From Candidatus Helarchaeota archaeon (GTDB taxonomy: Archaea; Asgardarchaeota; Lokiarchaeia; Helarchaeales; RDOG01): a stretch of 64,000 nt of DNA. Both the position numbers and the translations under genes were made by a program. Positions 1 to 10,536 of the stretch are shown piece after piece. The notes below the pieces were generated by a model. The model was given only the letters and a program-made list of their open reading frames with translations, did not search any database and was not told where the DNA came from. Every line of letters begins with the position of its first letter. Position 1 is the stretch's first letter. The stretch covers positions 224,001 to 288,000 of the forward strand of contig JAHPZH010000002.1 in NCBI GenBank assembly GCA_019058315.1, written 5' to 3'.

Positions 1-1
1 A

Positions 2-592
2 AAATTTATTGGAACGGGAGAAAAAAGTGAAGATCTCGAAAAATTTGACCCAAAAACTTTTGTCGGAAGGTTATTAGGAGTTCCTGATATAAAATCTCTA
101 CTAGAACAGATCAAAGCAGCAGAAATTGCACCTCAAAAAGATGCACAACAAAAATTTCTCTCAGGAAAATTTACATTGAAGGATATGTATGAACAATTAA
201 AAAGTATAAGTAAGACTAGCTTCAGTCAAAAAATATTAGATGCATTTGGAATGGGTCCACAAATACCACCAGAAATGAAAGATATGGCAATGAAAAATAT
301 AGACGTCTGGAAATATATACTAGATTCCATGACCGAATACGAACTGGAAAAGCCGAAAAAAATAAATCGCTCAAGACTAATTCGAATCGCGAGGGGTTCA
401 GGTAAAGCTGAGGGAGATGTAAAGCAATTACTAGAACAATTTGATATGATGAAACGGATGTTTAAAACATTTGGAAAACAAAGAAAATTTAGAAAGGGAG
501 GTGGAATTCCGCCTGGACTTATGGGAATGCCAAAAGGTGGAATTCCTGGGAAAGGATTGCCTAAAAAATTTAAATATAAAGGTATAAGATAA
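2..592 (+). CDS. srp54: Signal recognition particle protein SRP54, C-terminal part (5' truncated by window edge)
   Basis: Frame open from base 2: KFIGTGEKSEDLEKFDP...RLLG, then M-domain motifs FTLKDMYEQL, ILDSMT, SRLIRIARGSG. Confidence 0.93.
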   Translation, partial: KFIGTGEKSEDLEKFDPKTFVGRLLGVPDIKSLLEQIKAAEIAPQKDAQQKFLSGKFTLKDMYEQLKSISKTSFSQKILDAFGMGPQIPPEMKDMAMKNIDVWKYILDSMTEYELEKPKKINRSRLIRIARGSGKAEGDVKQLLEQFDMMKRMFKTFGKQRKFRKGGGIPPGLMGMPKGGIPGKGLPKKFKYKGIR

Positions 593-595
593 AAT

Positions 596-1393
596 TCAGG
601 ATTCTTCTTTACTTATTTCCCATTCTTTTACAATTGTGTCTATTTGGTTATTTAATTCTTTTTTATTGTCTTTGGCCAGATTCTCTATTTTTCCTTTAAC
701 TTCAAGCCAACTTGGGAATAAGGAGATACCATTAAAAATCTTTAATTCCCCGAAATTTCCTTCAATATTTTCGACTAATTGTTTTGGAAGTAAATTTTTT
801 AGAGTTATATACTGCTTTTCTAATTTTTCTAAAACTGTTTTGTATTGTTTTTTAATACCAAATGGACAAACTAAGCATTTTTTTATTCTATTTCTAACCA
901 AATTATAATTAATGAGTTTATAAACATACGCGACTTCTTTATTTTTCTCTATTCTTAATTTACGGGCAAAATATGATGTTCGACAGATATAAACAGGATA
1001 AATACAGAAATTTTTCACAAACCAAAAAGGGTCAGAATCTAAAATTGTTGGTATCTCATGGGCTATTTCATAAAATACAGTTTTCCCTACTTTTTGCTTT
1101 TTCAATACATTTTCTTTAATCAATTGATTTAAATAATTACTGATCGAACTTCGTGAAATAGGTTTAAAGAATTTTTCATATTCTGCCTCTATTTTTTGGG
1201 TAGTGACTCTACTCTTATTAGTATTTTTTAACCAAAGAAAAATGCCTAATATCCTGTTCTTTTGTAATTGTCCTAAGTTAGATTTTAAGGTTTCAGGTCT
1301 ATCAAATATTTGCATACAAATATCGTTTAAACCTTCAAACTCCTTTGCATAATCTTCAATTGCTTTAAAATCGCAATATAATAGAGCTTCCAT
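596..1393 (-). CDS. Winged-HTH domain protein, putative transcription regulator
   Basis: ISRSSISNYLNQLIKENVLKKQKVGKTVFY wHTH pattern; last gene of the minus-strand run. Confidence 0.55.
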   Translation of the reverse strand: MEALLYCDFKAIEDYAKEFEGLNDICMQIFDRPETLKSNLGQLQKNRILGIFLWLKNTNKSRVTTQKIEAEYEKFFKPISRSSISNYLNQLIKENVLKKQKVGKTVFYEIAHEIPTILDSDPFWFVKNFCIYPVYICRTSYFARKLRIEKNKEVAYVYKLINYNLVRNRIKKCLVCPFGIKKQYKTVLEKLEKQYITLKNLLPKQLVENIEGNFGELKIFNGISLFPSWLEVKGKIENLAKDNKKELNNQIDTIVKEWEISKEES

Positions 1394-1412
1394 TAATTAT
1401 TCACTCTTTAAT

Positions 1413-1757
1413 TTACCCAAGTTTATTTTTTAACGAGTTTATAAAGCTGTCTCCTTCTTTTTTAACTTGATCCCAAATTTCTATTATTTTATTATCAAAT
1501 TTACCTTCTTCATAACATTTATTTTGAAGTTGTAATAATTTCAATATACTTTTTAATATTGGTGAATATAATAACGTCATTTTAGCAGAAGGAACACTAA
1601 CTTCAGTTATAATTGCACTTTCAACTGTATTTGTGGTTCCAAGAATATCTCTTAAGATAATATTTTCATCAATTTTTGCGTATAATACCTCATTACAAAC
1701 GTCTTTTACACTATTCTCAGCATTCAGTTTTACTTTAAATTCGCACAAAAAACTCAC
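1413..1757 (-). CDS. CooT-like small protein with helical C-terminal extension
   Basis: N-terminal LCE..V, IILRDILG, IITEV pattern resembles the CooT family. Confidence 0.5.
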   Translation of the reverse strand: MSFLCEFKVKLNAENSVKDVCNEVLYAKIDENIILRDILGTTNTVESAIITEVSVPSAKMTLLYSPILKSILKLLQLQNKCYEEGKFDNKIIEIWDQVKKEGDSFINSLKNKLG

Positions 1758-1791
1758 CTAATTATTATTTCGATTTTTATAATTTTAATCT

Positions 1792-2898
1792 TTAGTTGAA
1801 AATCGGGAGTAAATAATCTCGCGATTTTGCTAAGTACGAGCCAATAAGTAATCTATGATAAGTTCTATTATTTTTATTATCAATTACTTCTTCTAATTTT
1901 CCTCTTGCTCTGAAGGATTCTCCTTTTCTGACCATAGAGCAATATAATCCTTCATATGAACAGATTTGAATGATATCATCGACTCTTGGCCCCTTAAGAA
2001 TTTTAACATCTGAAATATCATATTTACAAGGAAGAAACATGGAATTTGCATCCTGGGTTACAATACCTTCAATTTCAACTATGCCTTTAGGATTAAACTC
2101 TAAATCACCATATTTTTCTAAAATCTCTTCGTCAGTCCGTATTGGATGTATAGAAAATCTTGTTCCTCTAAAATTACCCATATTCCATTTTCTTTCATAT
2201 AATAGATTTGCTTCGGTTTTAGTAAAATTGAAATATTTCATCTTATTATTTCGCCAATCCTCAGCTTCCTTAGGATTTAATCTTGAAATTTCGTTATTAT
2301 TCCCCTCAAATAATTCTAATACAACATTTTCAATTACTTGACTATTCATTCTTCCATGTACCGTAAGATCAATATCTGAAAAAGTAATATTATGTGTATT
2401 GGTTAAAATTGAACCAGTTACTCCAAAATTTGAAGTTTTAATTTGTGAGTTTTCCGATAAAAAATCTATAAATTTAATTGTTTTTATTTGTAGCTTATCC
2501 AAATTGTTTTTATTATAAAGATTAATTAATGATTTTATTTTTTCTTGTGGCTGATAATATTCTTTTATAGCATTATGAGGAACAGCTGTAATTTTAATTT
2601 TTGAAATAGGACAATCATAAACATATTTCAGATAATCATAAAGCAAAATATCATAAGATTTTAAAACTTGTTCAGCTGAATAATGATTTAGAACTCGCAT
2701 TAAAGGTATTATTCTTTTTTTTCCATCTCCCTCTGATTCTGGTAAATTTAATTTCCATTTTCCAGTAATATTTGGAACGTATTTTAGGTAGCTTATTATT
2801 CGATTTTCTGGATGTATATAACCAATAACACAAAATAAGTAATTCTCTTCTGTGCGTATAAAATCATGATCTTTGGGATTTTTAATAGTATTATTCAT
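1792..2898 (-). CDS. Predicted nucleotidyltransferase (COG1665-like), paralogue 1
   Basis: Pol-beta-type GVTGS...SDIDL motif; N-terminal DFI.T...F.V.G..HP..YLKYVP; C-terminal OB-like ARGKLE. Confidence 0.75.
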   Translation of the reverse strand: MNNTIKNPKDHDFIRTEENYLFCVIGYIHPENRIISYLKYVPNITGKWKLNLPESEGDGKKRIIPLMRVLNHYSAEQVLKSYDILLYDYLKYVYDCPISKIKITAVPHNAIKEYYQPQEKIKSLINLYNKNNLDKLQIKTIKFIDFLSENSQIKTSNFGVTGSILTNTHNITFSDIDLTVHGRMNSQVIENVVLELFEGNNNEISRLNPKEAEDWRNNKMKYFNFTKTEANLLYERKWNMGNFRGTRFSIHPIRTDEEILEKYGDLEFNPKGIVEIEGIVTQDANSMFLPCKYDISDVKILKGPRVDDIIQICSYEGLYCSMVRKGESFRARGKLEEVIDNKNNRTYHRLLIGSYLAKSRDYLLPIFN

Positions 2899-2922
2899 TC
2901 TTGATCATATTAAAAATAGAAA

Positions 2923-3930
2923 TTATGAGTATAAAAAGTCACCTTTCTCCCCACCGACTATCAAACGATGATATTCTTCCCCATTCTCGCCTTTAACCAA
3001 CTCTATTTTTCCCCTTGCTAATATTGGTTCCTCTTTTTTGGCTTCGCAACATCTACCTCGATAAGAAAAAATTTCATTTAAATTATCAACTTCTGTTCCT
3101 TGTAGAAATTTAACATCCTCTATTTTATAACGACATGGAGTGAAAATGGACTCTTTATCATTGGTAATATATCCTTGAACTAAAGCATTTCCAATTGGTT
3201 TATAGGTAAAATATCCGTATTTTTCTTTAATTTCGTCCCAAGCTTTGATGCATCGAATATAGAAATCAATATTATTAAATTTTCCTTGTAAGTTCTTTCT
3301 TTTTTCAAATTGAACGAAATTTTCAAAGTCGATTTTAGTATCTTTTCCCCTAAATTCATATAATTTCTTCAGATCTTCTAAATCATATCTTTCTATTGGA
3401 ATGCTTTCATCATCAAAAAGTCTATACATATTATTATAAAGTTTATAACAATTATTTTCCCCATAGACGATTAAATCTATATCAGATTGAGGTGTATTTA
3501 GTCCCACCATGTGGGATCCTGTTACTCCCAAGTCTATCATTAAAATTTTACAGTATTTGATGATATATTTTATAAATTTGAGTATTATTTTTTCTAATGG
3601 GCTTTTTCTTTTATTAAATAATTTATCAATATAGTCATGTGGATAATAAATCTTTTTTATTTTATCATGAGGAACTGCTTGTATTGAGTCGTTTATTACA
3701 GAATCAGTGTATATATAATGAGGATGGTTGCTTTTTAAATAATTAAACCTTTTTTTAAGCGAATAAATCTTTCTATAACGTACCCCATCTAATCTTCGCT
3801 TTCCTGTAGGATCTGGTATATATCTTAAAAAAGCTATTACATTATTTTGAGGATGAACTAACCCTTTTACATCAAAAATTAAACCTTCCAAAGTCTGAAT
3901 AAAGTCGCCTTCTCTCGCATGGATTGGCAA
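2923..3930 (-). CDS. Predicted nucleotidyltransferase (COG1665-like), paralogue 2
   Basis: GVTGSHMVGLNTPQSDIDL; collinear similarity to the adjacent gene. Confidence 0.75.
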   Translation of the reverse strand: MPIHAREGDFIQTLEGLIFDVKGLVHPQNNVIAFLRYIPDPTGKRRLDGVRYRKIYSLKKRFNYLKSNHPHYIYTDSVINDSIQAVPHDKIKKIYYPHDYIDKLFNKRKSPLEKIILKFIKYIIKYCKILMIDLGVTGSHMVGLNTPQSDIDLIVYGENNCYKLYNNMYRLFDDESIPIERYDLEDLKKLYEFRGKDTKIDFENFVQFEKRKNLQGKFNNIDFYIRCIKAWDEIKEKYGYFTYKPIGNALVQGYITNDKESIFTPCRYKIEDVKFLQGTEVDNLNEIFSYRGRCCEAKKEEPILARGKIELVKGENGEEYHRLIVGGEKGDFLYS

Positions 3931-3947
3931 TATATATCACTTGGGAT

Positions 3948-4889
3948 TTAACTTTTTTTAATTTCTTCTCTCAAAATTTTAAAAGTAGCGTGCTTCTGAG
4001 CATAAGCATTGTGTTGATGGATACTTTCTAGAGCTTCTATTTCTAAAATTACTTCACAATCATCCGGAAAATTAGGAAAGGCTTCAACTACTTTGTTTGC
4101 CATCTCTCGACAGCTATCTTCAACGAATTTTGGATTTAAATGTGCTAATCGTACCAACTTCGCTTCATCTACTCTTTTAAGTACATCTTGCACTTTAGCT
4201 GACATGCTGCTTTCTATTATATCGATTAGTTTTAAAAGATCTATATTAAAATTTTCTGGAATTTCAATCGTTAATGAACCCTTACTTCTTTGGCTATGCG
4301 TAGCGATAGGCATTATATCTAGAATATTTTTTATATTTTTTTCGTCTAAATCAAATTTTTCCTTCCGTTCTGAAATAATTTCATTTGCATAATCAATCAT
4401 TAAATCTTTAGCGCATGGACATGCGTTTATGCCGAAAGCTGAAATTTTTAAAAAAACTCGTGTTTTAACTTGATTGTTTTCCTTTTTTGAAATTGCCTTA
4501 ACTTTGATTGGATGTGCTTTTTGTTGCTTACCAGTTCTCTCATTAGGTACTTCAATAACTATTATTCCTTCACAATCAACTTCCGCAATAGTTGCGTACT
4601 CATGTTTACTTAATAAATGAGTAGACATCTTGCTCATAAAATCCTCTATATGAGAACTAGGTTTAAAATCTAGCTCATTTATGACATCCTGAAGTGTCTG
4701 AGGATTCCGTGACATATGTATTCCTTTCAATTCTCTTGGAAGATCTACATATGCAGAAAATTTAGCGGGAAACTCAGTAACTTCCGAACCTTTTACAAGT
4801 CTAACTTTTTTTATGATTTCTTTAATGCCAACTCTATTAAGACTGAATTTAAAATCTGATTTCGTATTTTGTATATCTGGTAATGTCAT
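3948..4889 (-). CDS. mptA: GTP cyclohydrolase MptA (FolE2 family)
   Basis: LPDIQ, KGIHMSR, ACPCA, THSQRS, LKRVDE, NPKFVED, ESIHQHNA motifs. Confidence 0.93.
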   Translation of the reverse strand: MTLPDIQNTKSDFKFSLNRVGIKEIIKKVRLVKGSEVTEFPAKFSAYVDLPRELKGIHMSRNPQTLQDVINELDFKPSSHIEDFMSKMSTHLLSKHEYATIAEVDCEGIIVIEVPNERTGKQQKAHPIKVKAISKKENNQVKTRVFLKISAFGINACPCAKDLMIDYANEIISERKEKFDLDEKNIKNILDIMPIATHSQRSKGSLTIEIPENFNIDLLKLIDIIESSMSAKVQDVLKRVDEAKLVRLAHLNPKFVEDSCREMANKVVEAFPNFPDDCEVILEIEALESIHQHNAYAQKHATFKILREEIKKS

Positions 4890-6439
4890 TAATACTCACC
4901 AAATTTCATATCTTGCATGTAACTTTTTCCTAATTTTAAACAAATTTCAGCTTTCTCTAATTCTCTTCCGAGATATAAAGCATGATTTTGTGAAGTAATT
5001 AATTTTTTTGCTAAAAATTCCTTTCCAAGATATTCCGCAGAAGTTCCAGAAAAGGCAATATTGATTAATCCTGCTTTTCGATAATGAACAACAAATATTT
5101 TACCTTTATCATGATTAACCCAAATTCTGAAAAAACCCTTTGTATCGGGGTAAAAATCTTGATTTTTCTTTCCAACTTCGATTATTTTTATATTATCTAA
5201 TGAAATTTGCGGTATAAATTCGTTTTTACTTTTAGATTTTAAAACTGCAATTGGTAAATCTTTGGGAACCATATTACGTTTATTTGCTAAAAACGCCATT
5301 TTTAGAGAATTTGATAATTCATTCACGGTCCCTCGGGTCTTAGTACTATATTCAGTTGTTAAAAATGCAGTAACTTTCAATTCAAATGCCAGACAAGCAA
5401 AAATTGCATTAATTCCTACACCATCAGCATCAATTAACTCAATTACATTTCCGATTCCAAACATAAGGGGTGTAATAGCATTTGATTTTCTGAATAAATT
5501 ATAAGCTTCAAGAGAATTAAATAGACCTGGGTTTATTGGAGCTTCTAATAAAGGATCAGCAATGATTTTATGAAAACCTAAGTTTTCTGCGGTTTTTATA
5601 TTGTTATTTAAGTGTTTTATGCGTTCATCGATTTCATGTGGCATAAAACCTTCTTTAATATTTGTTGGAAGAACAACTACTCCAAGATCTTTGTTTAAAT
5701 TTGAAAGTTCTTTCATATTTCCTTTGTCAAGACTTAAAATTAAATCTGCTCCTGCTTCAACACTAGATTCAATTTCTGTAGGATTTAAACTATCAATACT
5801 TATTGGAATTTTGTTTAAAATTGGGTCATTTCTTAAAGCTTCAATAATTATATTTAGTTGTTTTGAATTATCTTCTCCAACAATTGCTCCAATATCTATG
5901 ATATCTGCTCCTTGTGAAACATAATATTTTGCTTTTTCAAGATTTTTTTCAATACTTAACTTTGGGGCATTAACGATTTCTGCGATAATTATTGGATAGG
6001 AATTTATGCCTACGTATACAGCCTTATCTGATTTTCCGATTAAAAATGATGTATCATCAATTCTATTTTGTGTAATTCCTTCTAATTCTTTAATTTCGTT
6101 TTCAAGAAAAATAATATCCGCTGGTTTTTTTGTAGAAAGTTTTTCGGGTGATTTTATTGTTGCAGGTATATCATAAGCATACCTAGGACCTTTATATACT
6201 TTGATTCCTAATTCTGATTCTAGCTCTGATAAATTACCTCGCATCAAACCAGGACATAAAACATATTCATATTTTGAAAGATCTATATTTTTAAGAGATT
6301 TTAAAAGATTTTTTGGGGAAATAAAGGCAGCGATTGATATGGGTAATTTTAAAATCTCAATTTTATCCCTTATATCGCTTGTCAATTCTTGTATAGAATC
6401 AAAGGCTAGTTTTCCTGTTACAATAAGAATTTTCTTCAT
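4889..6439 (-). CDS. Dihydropteroate synthase-like protein with C-terminal DUF4346-like domain (methanopterin pathway)
   Basis: ILIVTGKLA N-terminus, GADIIDIG, PISIDS, IIADPLL, ELIDADGVG, HALYLGRELEKAE. Confidence 0.85.
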   Translation of the reverse strand: MKKILIVTGKLAFDSIQELTSDIRDKIEILKLPISIAAFISPKNLLKSLKNIDLSKYEYVLCPGLMRGNLSELESELGIKVYKGPRYAYDIPATIKSPEKLSTKKPADIIFLENEIKELEGITQNRIDDTSFLIGKSDKAVYVGINSYPIIIAEIVNAPKLSIEKNLEKAKYYVSQGADIIDIGAIVGEDNSKQLNIIIEALRNDPILNKIPISIDSLNPTEIESSVEAGADLILSLDKGNMKELSNLNKDLGVVVLPTNIKEGFMPHEIDERIKHLNNNIKTAENLGFHKIIADPLLEAPINPGLFNSLEAYNLFRKSNAITPLMFGIGNVIELIDADGVGINAIFACLAFELKVTAFLTTEYSTKTRGTVNELSNSLKMAFLANKRNMVPKDLPIAVLKSKSKNEFIPQISLDNIKIIEVGKKNQDFYPDTKGFFRIWVNHDKGKIFVVHYRKAGLINIAFSGTSAEYLGKEFLAKKLITSQNHALYLGRELEKAEICLKLGKSYMQDMKFGEY

Positions 6440-6470
6440 TTTTAAATCCCTACAATGACTAGGGCAGAAG

Positions 6471-7559
6471 TTAATCTCTACAGTATTCTTTTTTTATTTC
6501 GTCTATATCTTTAAAATAAATATGGTCTAAATTTGAACCTTTGGCTTCCTTTAATCGGGAAACTTCTAATAATTCCTTAAATTGCCCTCCAATAAGTCCA
6601 TCTGCAATTATTGCAGCTCCTTGTGCAGCTTCTTTTGCAATTTTTACATTGTCTAACCCCTGAATTCTACGAATTGGGGCTATTTTACTAATTTTAGAGG
6701 AAAGTTTATTTTTAATATCATCAAATTGTGAGAGTTTTCCAGATAATAAAATTTCGAGAGGTTTTTCTACAGAATAATTTAATGCTGCGACGTTTTTTAT
6801 AATCCCATCAATAAAAGCTTTATATGCCATTTCAAATATATCATCTTGCTTAGAAAGTATCTTAAATTCCTCAAAACTTAAATCTCTATAGCCTGCTACA
6901 TATGCTGCTCCCCCCTGATATAGAAATCGTTTTTTAAATTCTCCAATAAGATATGCTAACTCACCGTCCAAAGCACCACATGATAAAAATCCGATCCCAC
7001 CTAAAGTTCCGCCAATTCCATCTATTATTTGTCCATTTTCAATACCTAAAATTGCATTAAATCCAGAACCCATTTCAATTAGTATAAAGGAGGTTTCCTT
7101 ATATGGAATTGATAATTTTCGAGATTGGTCATAAATCCCCAAAATTGCACTACAAACTTTATCAGCTGTACCTAAATCAATTTTATTCACTTTTCTATAG
7201 TCAGGGACTGTCGGTAAATGCTTTACTCCCGGAATAAAAAACCCTTTATAACCTGATTCTTTCAATAATTTCGCAACTTTACTTATCGCAGTTATTTTCC
7301 CCTCTATTTTTTTCTCCAAAGTCATTTCAAATAAATATTTATCATTTAGATCTTCGATCTTGACCATTGGTACACCCATACCAGATGGGGCGACTAAAAG
7401 ATCAATATCCTCCATAGATTTCAAAGTATCAATTACTAATTCCGGCTGATTAACAACATTTTTTGTAGGAATTAATGTGTCTAATATAACTTTTCCATCT
7501 TCTAATCCAATTATTCCATAAGATTTAGTACCAGGATCAATTCCAACTACTTTTACCAT
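6471..7559 (-). CDS. DUF1464 family protein (butyrate-kinase/ASKHA-like)
   Basis: GIDPGTKSY, APSGMG, NKIDLGTADK, DGIGGT, DGELAY, AAQGAAIIADG. Confidence 0.8.
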   Translation of the reverse strand: MVKVVGIDPGTKSYGIIGLEDGKVILDTLIPTKNVVNQPELVIDTLKSMEDIDLLVAPSGMGVPMVKIEDLNDKYLFEMTLEKKIEGKITAISKVAKLLKESGYKGFFIPGVKHLPTVPDYRKVNKIDLGTADKVCSAILGIYDQSRKLSIPYKETSFILIEMGSGFNAILGIENGQIIDGIGGTLGGIGFLSCGALDGELAYLIGEFKKRFLYQGGAAYVAGYRDLSFEEFKILSKQDDIFEMAYKAFIDGIIKNVAALNYSVEKPLEILLSGKLSQFDDIKNKLSSKISKIAPIRRIQGLDNVKIAKEAAQGAAIIADGLIGGQFKELLEVSRLKEAKGSNLDHIYFKDIDEIKKEYCRD

Positions 7560-7583
7560 ATATATTATCCCATATAATAAAAA

Positions 7584-8576
7584 TTAAGTGAGAACTTCAA
7601 ATTTCATGCCTTGATTATTAACATTAGTTATAAAAACTTTTCCTCCTCCATTTTTATTCAAAAATTCTTCCGTTTTATGTTCTAATTTCTTTGCATTTTC
7701 TACCCCTTCTACTAAGCCGTAAGTTGTGCATCCAAAAGAGCTAATTCCACTTCCATATGCGCCATTATCAGCCATAAATTGAATTAAATCTTTAATTATT
7801 GTGGGTTGTATATCAACTTCTTGTTTTTTAAAACCTACATTCTGTAATTCAGATAGACCTCTTCCAAATACTTCTATATCTTCTTCACGAAGCCCTGGCA
7901 GTAACACCATTAGAATTAACCTGGAAACGGTCCCTACTTCTTCTTTAGATATAGGGCATGTATTTTGAAACACATTAATTTCTTTTAAACCCTCAATCTC
8001 ATCATAGATGTTTGGGAGGGCGATAACAAATTGCCAGTTTTCAGGGACTGTGTAATGAAGTAAAACTGGTGGAGGAGGTGCATTAGATGCTCTAGAAGGT
8101 AAAAAGGAATTTTTTTGCTTATTTTTTCCAAAAGTATGTCCTGCATCAAGAATAAATCCGCCCTTTTGGAATACATTGACCCCTATACCGGAAGTTCCCC
8201 CTCTTTTAACAATTTTAGCTAATTCATATACAGTTTTTCTTTTATTAAATAAATAATTTACAGCAAATGCAACAGCGAGAGACATTTGCGTTTTTGACCC
8301 TAATCCTACATGTCTTGGAATAGATGATGTTAAATTAAATTCAATTCCACCATCTATTTCTAAATGTTTGAAAACATTTTTAGCAATATCATAAATTAAT
8401 TCACTATTGTATCCATTATTAACAATAATATCATTATTCGGTAAGGAGCTAGCTTCTAAGACTATTTTCGGGTAGTTTAGAGCGACCCCTACTCCCCCAT
8501 CTACCCTTCCTAAATCTCCACTTAAATCGATTAATGCAAAATGCAATCTACTGGGAGTTATTATTCTAATTTTCAA
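7584..8576 (-). CDS. mptG: Beta-ribofuranosylaminobenzene 5'-phosphate synthase (GHMP family)
   Basis: TPSRLHF, GRVDGGVG, HVGLGSKTQ, RGGTSGIG, GGFILDAGH, SSFG. Confidence 0.9.
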   Translation of the reverse strand: MKIRIITPSRLHFALIDLSGDLGRVDGGVGVALNYPKIVLEASSLPNNDIIVNNGYNSELIYDIAKNVFKHLEIDGGIEFNLTSSIPRHVGLGSKTQMSLAVAFAVNYLFNKRKTVYELAKIVKRGGTSGIGVNVFQKGGFILDAGHTFGKNKQKNSFLPSRASNAPPPPVLLHYTVPENWQFVIALPNIYDEIEGLKEINVFQNTCPISKEEVGTVSRLILMVLLPGLREEDIEVFGRGLSELQNVGFKKQEVDIQPTIIKDLIQFMADNGAYGSGISSFGCTTYGLVEGVENAKKLEHKTEEFLNKNGGGKVFITNVNNQGMKFEVLT

Positions 8577-9990
8577 ATTTATCAGCTCTTTTTTTTATCC
8601 AATTAATTATTCTTTCTCTTTTTTTAATAGCATTAGCAACAGAATCTTCTATTTTTTCTTCAAATCTTTTCCTCGTAGTTTCGTCTATCTCCTCGCCTAC
8701 TACTTGTTTAATTTTTGTATATGCACTTTCCCTAAATTTAGGAATTAATTTTTCTTCGCCAGTAGCGCTTTCTAATACTATTTTCCCATCTTGATTATTA
8801 ACCGAACCAATTTCTTCTATTTCTATCCCTACATCCCTAATAGTAGAACATATTCTATCCGCTTTATCAGAAGGGCAAAATATCAATAATGCGTCTAGAG
8901 ATACTCCCAAATAGTCAACATTAACTTTATTCAACATTTGAAAGACTTTATCATTAACTAATTTTTGAACCTTCTTCTCAATGACTCTAATTCCAACTTT
9001 TGCCTCATATGCAATTTCATGTAAATCCCCACGTAATCCCCCATTGGTAACATCACAGCAACAATGAATATCTTTAAGTAAATTATTATTTATTAATGCC
9101 TCACATGCGATGAGAAATTTAATGTTTAAAGTCTCTTTCAAAACATCATGCATTCCGCTATATATAGCTGTAGTTGCAATTGTTCCCCCACCTGCTCCCT
9201 CTGACATTAAAACAACGTCTCCACTTTGAATATTTCTCCTAACCAATAATTTTTCGGCTAATCCTACTGCTGCAATACCTCCTGTTATTCGTGTACCAAT
9301 TACAAGGTCCCCTCCAATTCTTAATGTGGAACCTGCAGTAATTGGAACACCTGACAATTCTGCAACCGCAGAAACTCCACCCATAAAATCAAATAATTTT
9401 CCAATATCCGCGTCATCAGCTAAATGTAGATCGACCATGATAGAAATGGGTTGGGCTCCTTTTACATAAAGGTCTCTTAAAGCAGCTCTTGTAACATGAA
9501 ATCCCGCAATAAATGGAAAATCACTGAGTCTGGAATGCATACCTTCACTTTTTGTTACTATAAACATCTTTCCATTATATTCTTCCTTTTTTGCATGGTA
9601 TACAACAGCACCTGCATCATCCAATGATTGGGGGGATAATATTGGGTCATTAGAAGTCTTGGCAACATCAGCAATTAGCTTATGAACAAAAAAATCACCC
9701 CAACCTCTGCATCCCACTCCTTGTTCTCCCATTGTAACTCCTGAATTTGGAATTTTTAGAATATCTTTTACTATCGGATCATTAGCAGTTTTACTGCTAT
9801 TTTCTACTTCTCTTAAAACAGCATCAGCTAGGTTTTTAGCAGTTTCATTGGGTATATTTTTATAAAATAAATATTCTTTAATCAGTGTGCTCAATATATT
9901 TTCCCGTGAAATGTTTTTTTTTAGAAGTTTTCTCGCCAGTCCTTCAAGATCAGCCAAAAAGATCAATCTCAAGTTTATTTGTGTAACCAA
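8566..9990 (-). CDS. AIR synthase/HypE-related archaeal protein (probable start TTG at 9957)
   Basis: DLEGLAR N-terminus, GVGCRGWGDF, EGMHSRLSDFPF, DVTNGGLRGD, PKFRESAYT. Confidence 0.8.
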   Translation of the reverse strand: MVTQINLRLIFLADLEGLARKLLKKNISRENILSTLIKEYLFYKNIPNETAKNLADAVLREVENSSKTANDPIVKDILKIPNSGVTMGEQGVGCRGWGDFFVHKLIADVAKTSNDPILSPQSLDDAGAVVYHAKKEEYNGKMFIVTKSEGMHSRLSDFPFIAGFHVTRAALRDLYVKGAQPISIMVDLHLADDADIGKLFDFMGGVSAVAELSGVPITAGSTLRIGGDLVIGTRITGGIAAVGLAEKLLVRRNIQSGDVVLMSEGAGGGTIATTAIYSGMHDVLKETLNIKFLIACEALINNNLLKDIHCCCDVTNGGLRGDLHEIAYEAKVGIRVIEKKVQKLVNDKVFQMLNKVNVDYLGVSLDALLIFCPSDKADRICSTIRDVGIEIEEIGSVNNQDGKIVLESATGEEKLIPKFRESAYTKIKQVVGEEIDETTRKRFEEKIEDSVANAIKKRERIINWIKKRADKFEN

Positions 9991-10185
9991 CTACATAAAT
10001 ATGAATTATTTTACACTTATTTCGAATAAAAGAACGTAAGAATAAGATTTATAGTTTTCCTTTTTACATTCTGCCAAATTTAATCGATAAAAAGAGAAAA
10101 TAATTTATAAAAAACAAAAAAGACAAAACTAACGAAGGAATTAAATTTATTTAAGAAGGGAAGTATTATCTAGTGGTGATAAAAA

Positions 10186-10536
10186 ATGAAAGTTAAATAC
10201 GCTACCATAATAGTTGAGGATATGGAAGAGTCAATTAAATTTTACACAGAAGTTATGGGACTTGAAATAGATAGCCAACACAATCCCCTACCTGGAGTAA
10301 CAATCACATTATTAAAAGGGGGAGGGGATGCTATGATAGAGCTTATAAAAAATACAGAATATAAAACTGGCCTGTATTCGGTGGGAATGGATGTTGAAGA
10401 CATAAACACCACAGTGAAAGAGCTCAAATCTAAAGGTGCCAAAATCACCATGGAACCCACACCAATAACCGTTGGAACCCTTGCCTTCTTAGAAGATCCA
10501 AATGGAGTCCGAATTGCGCTAATTCAACACCATTAA
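10186..10536 (+). CDS. VOC/glyoxalase family protein
   Basis: [18 protein letters not shown] ... [13 protein letters not shown]; GGTGA SD upstream. Confidence 0.85.
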   Translation: MKVKYATIIVEDMEESIKFYTEVMGLEIDSQHNPLPGVTITLLKGGGDAMIELIKNTEYKTGLYSVGMDVEDINTTVKELKSKGAKITMEPTPITVGTLAFLEDPNGVRIALIQHH

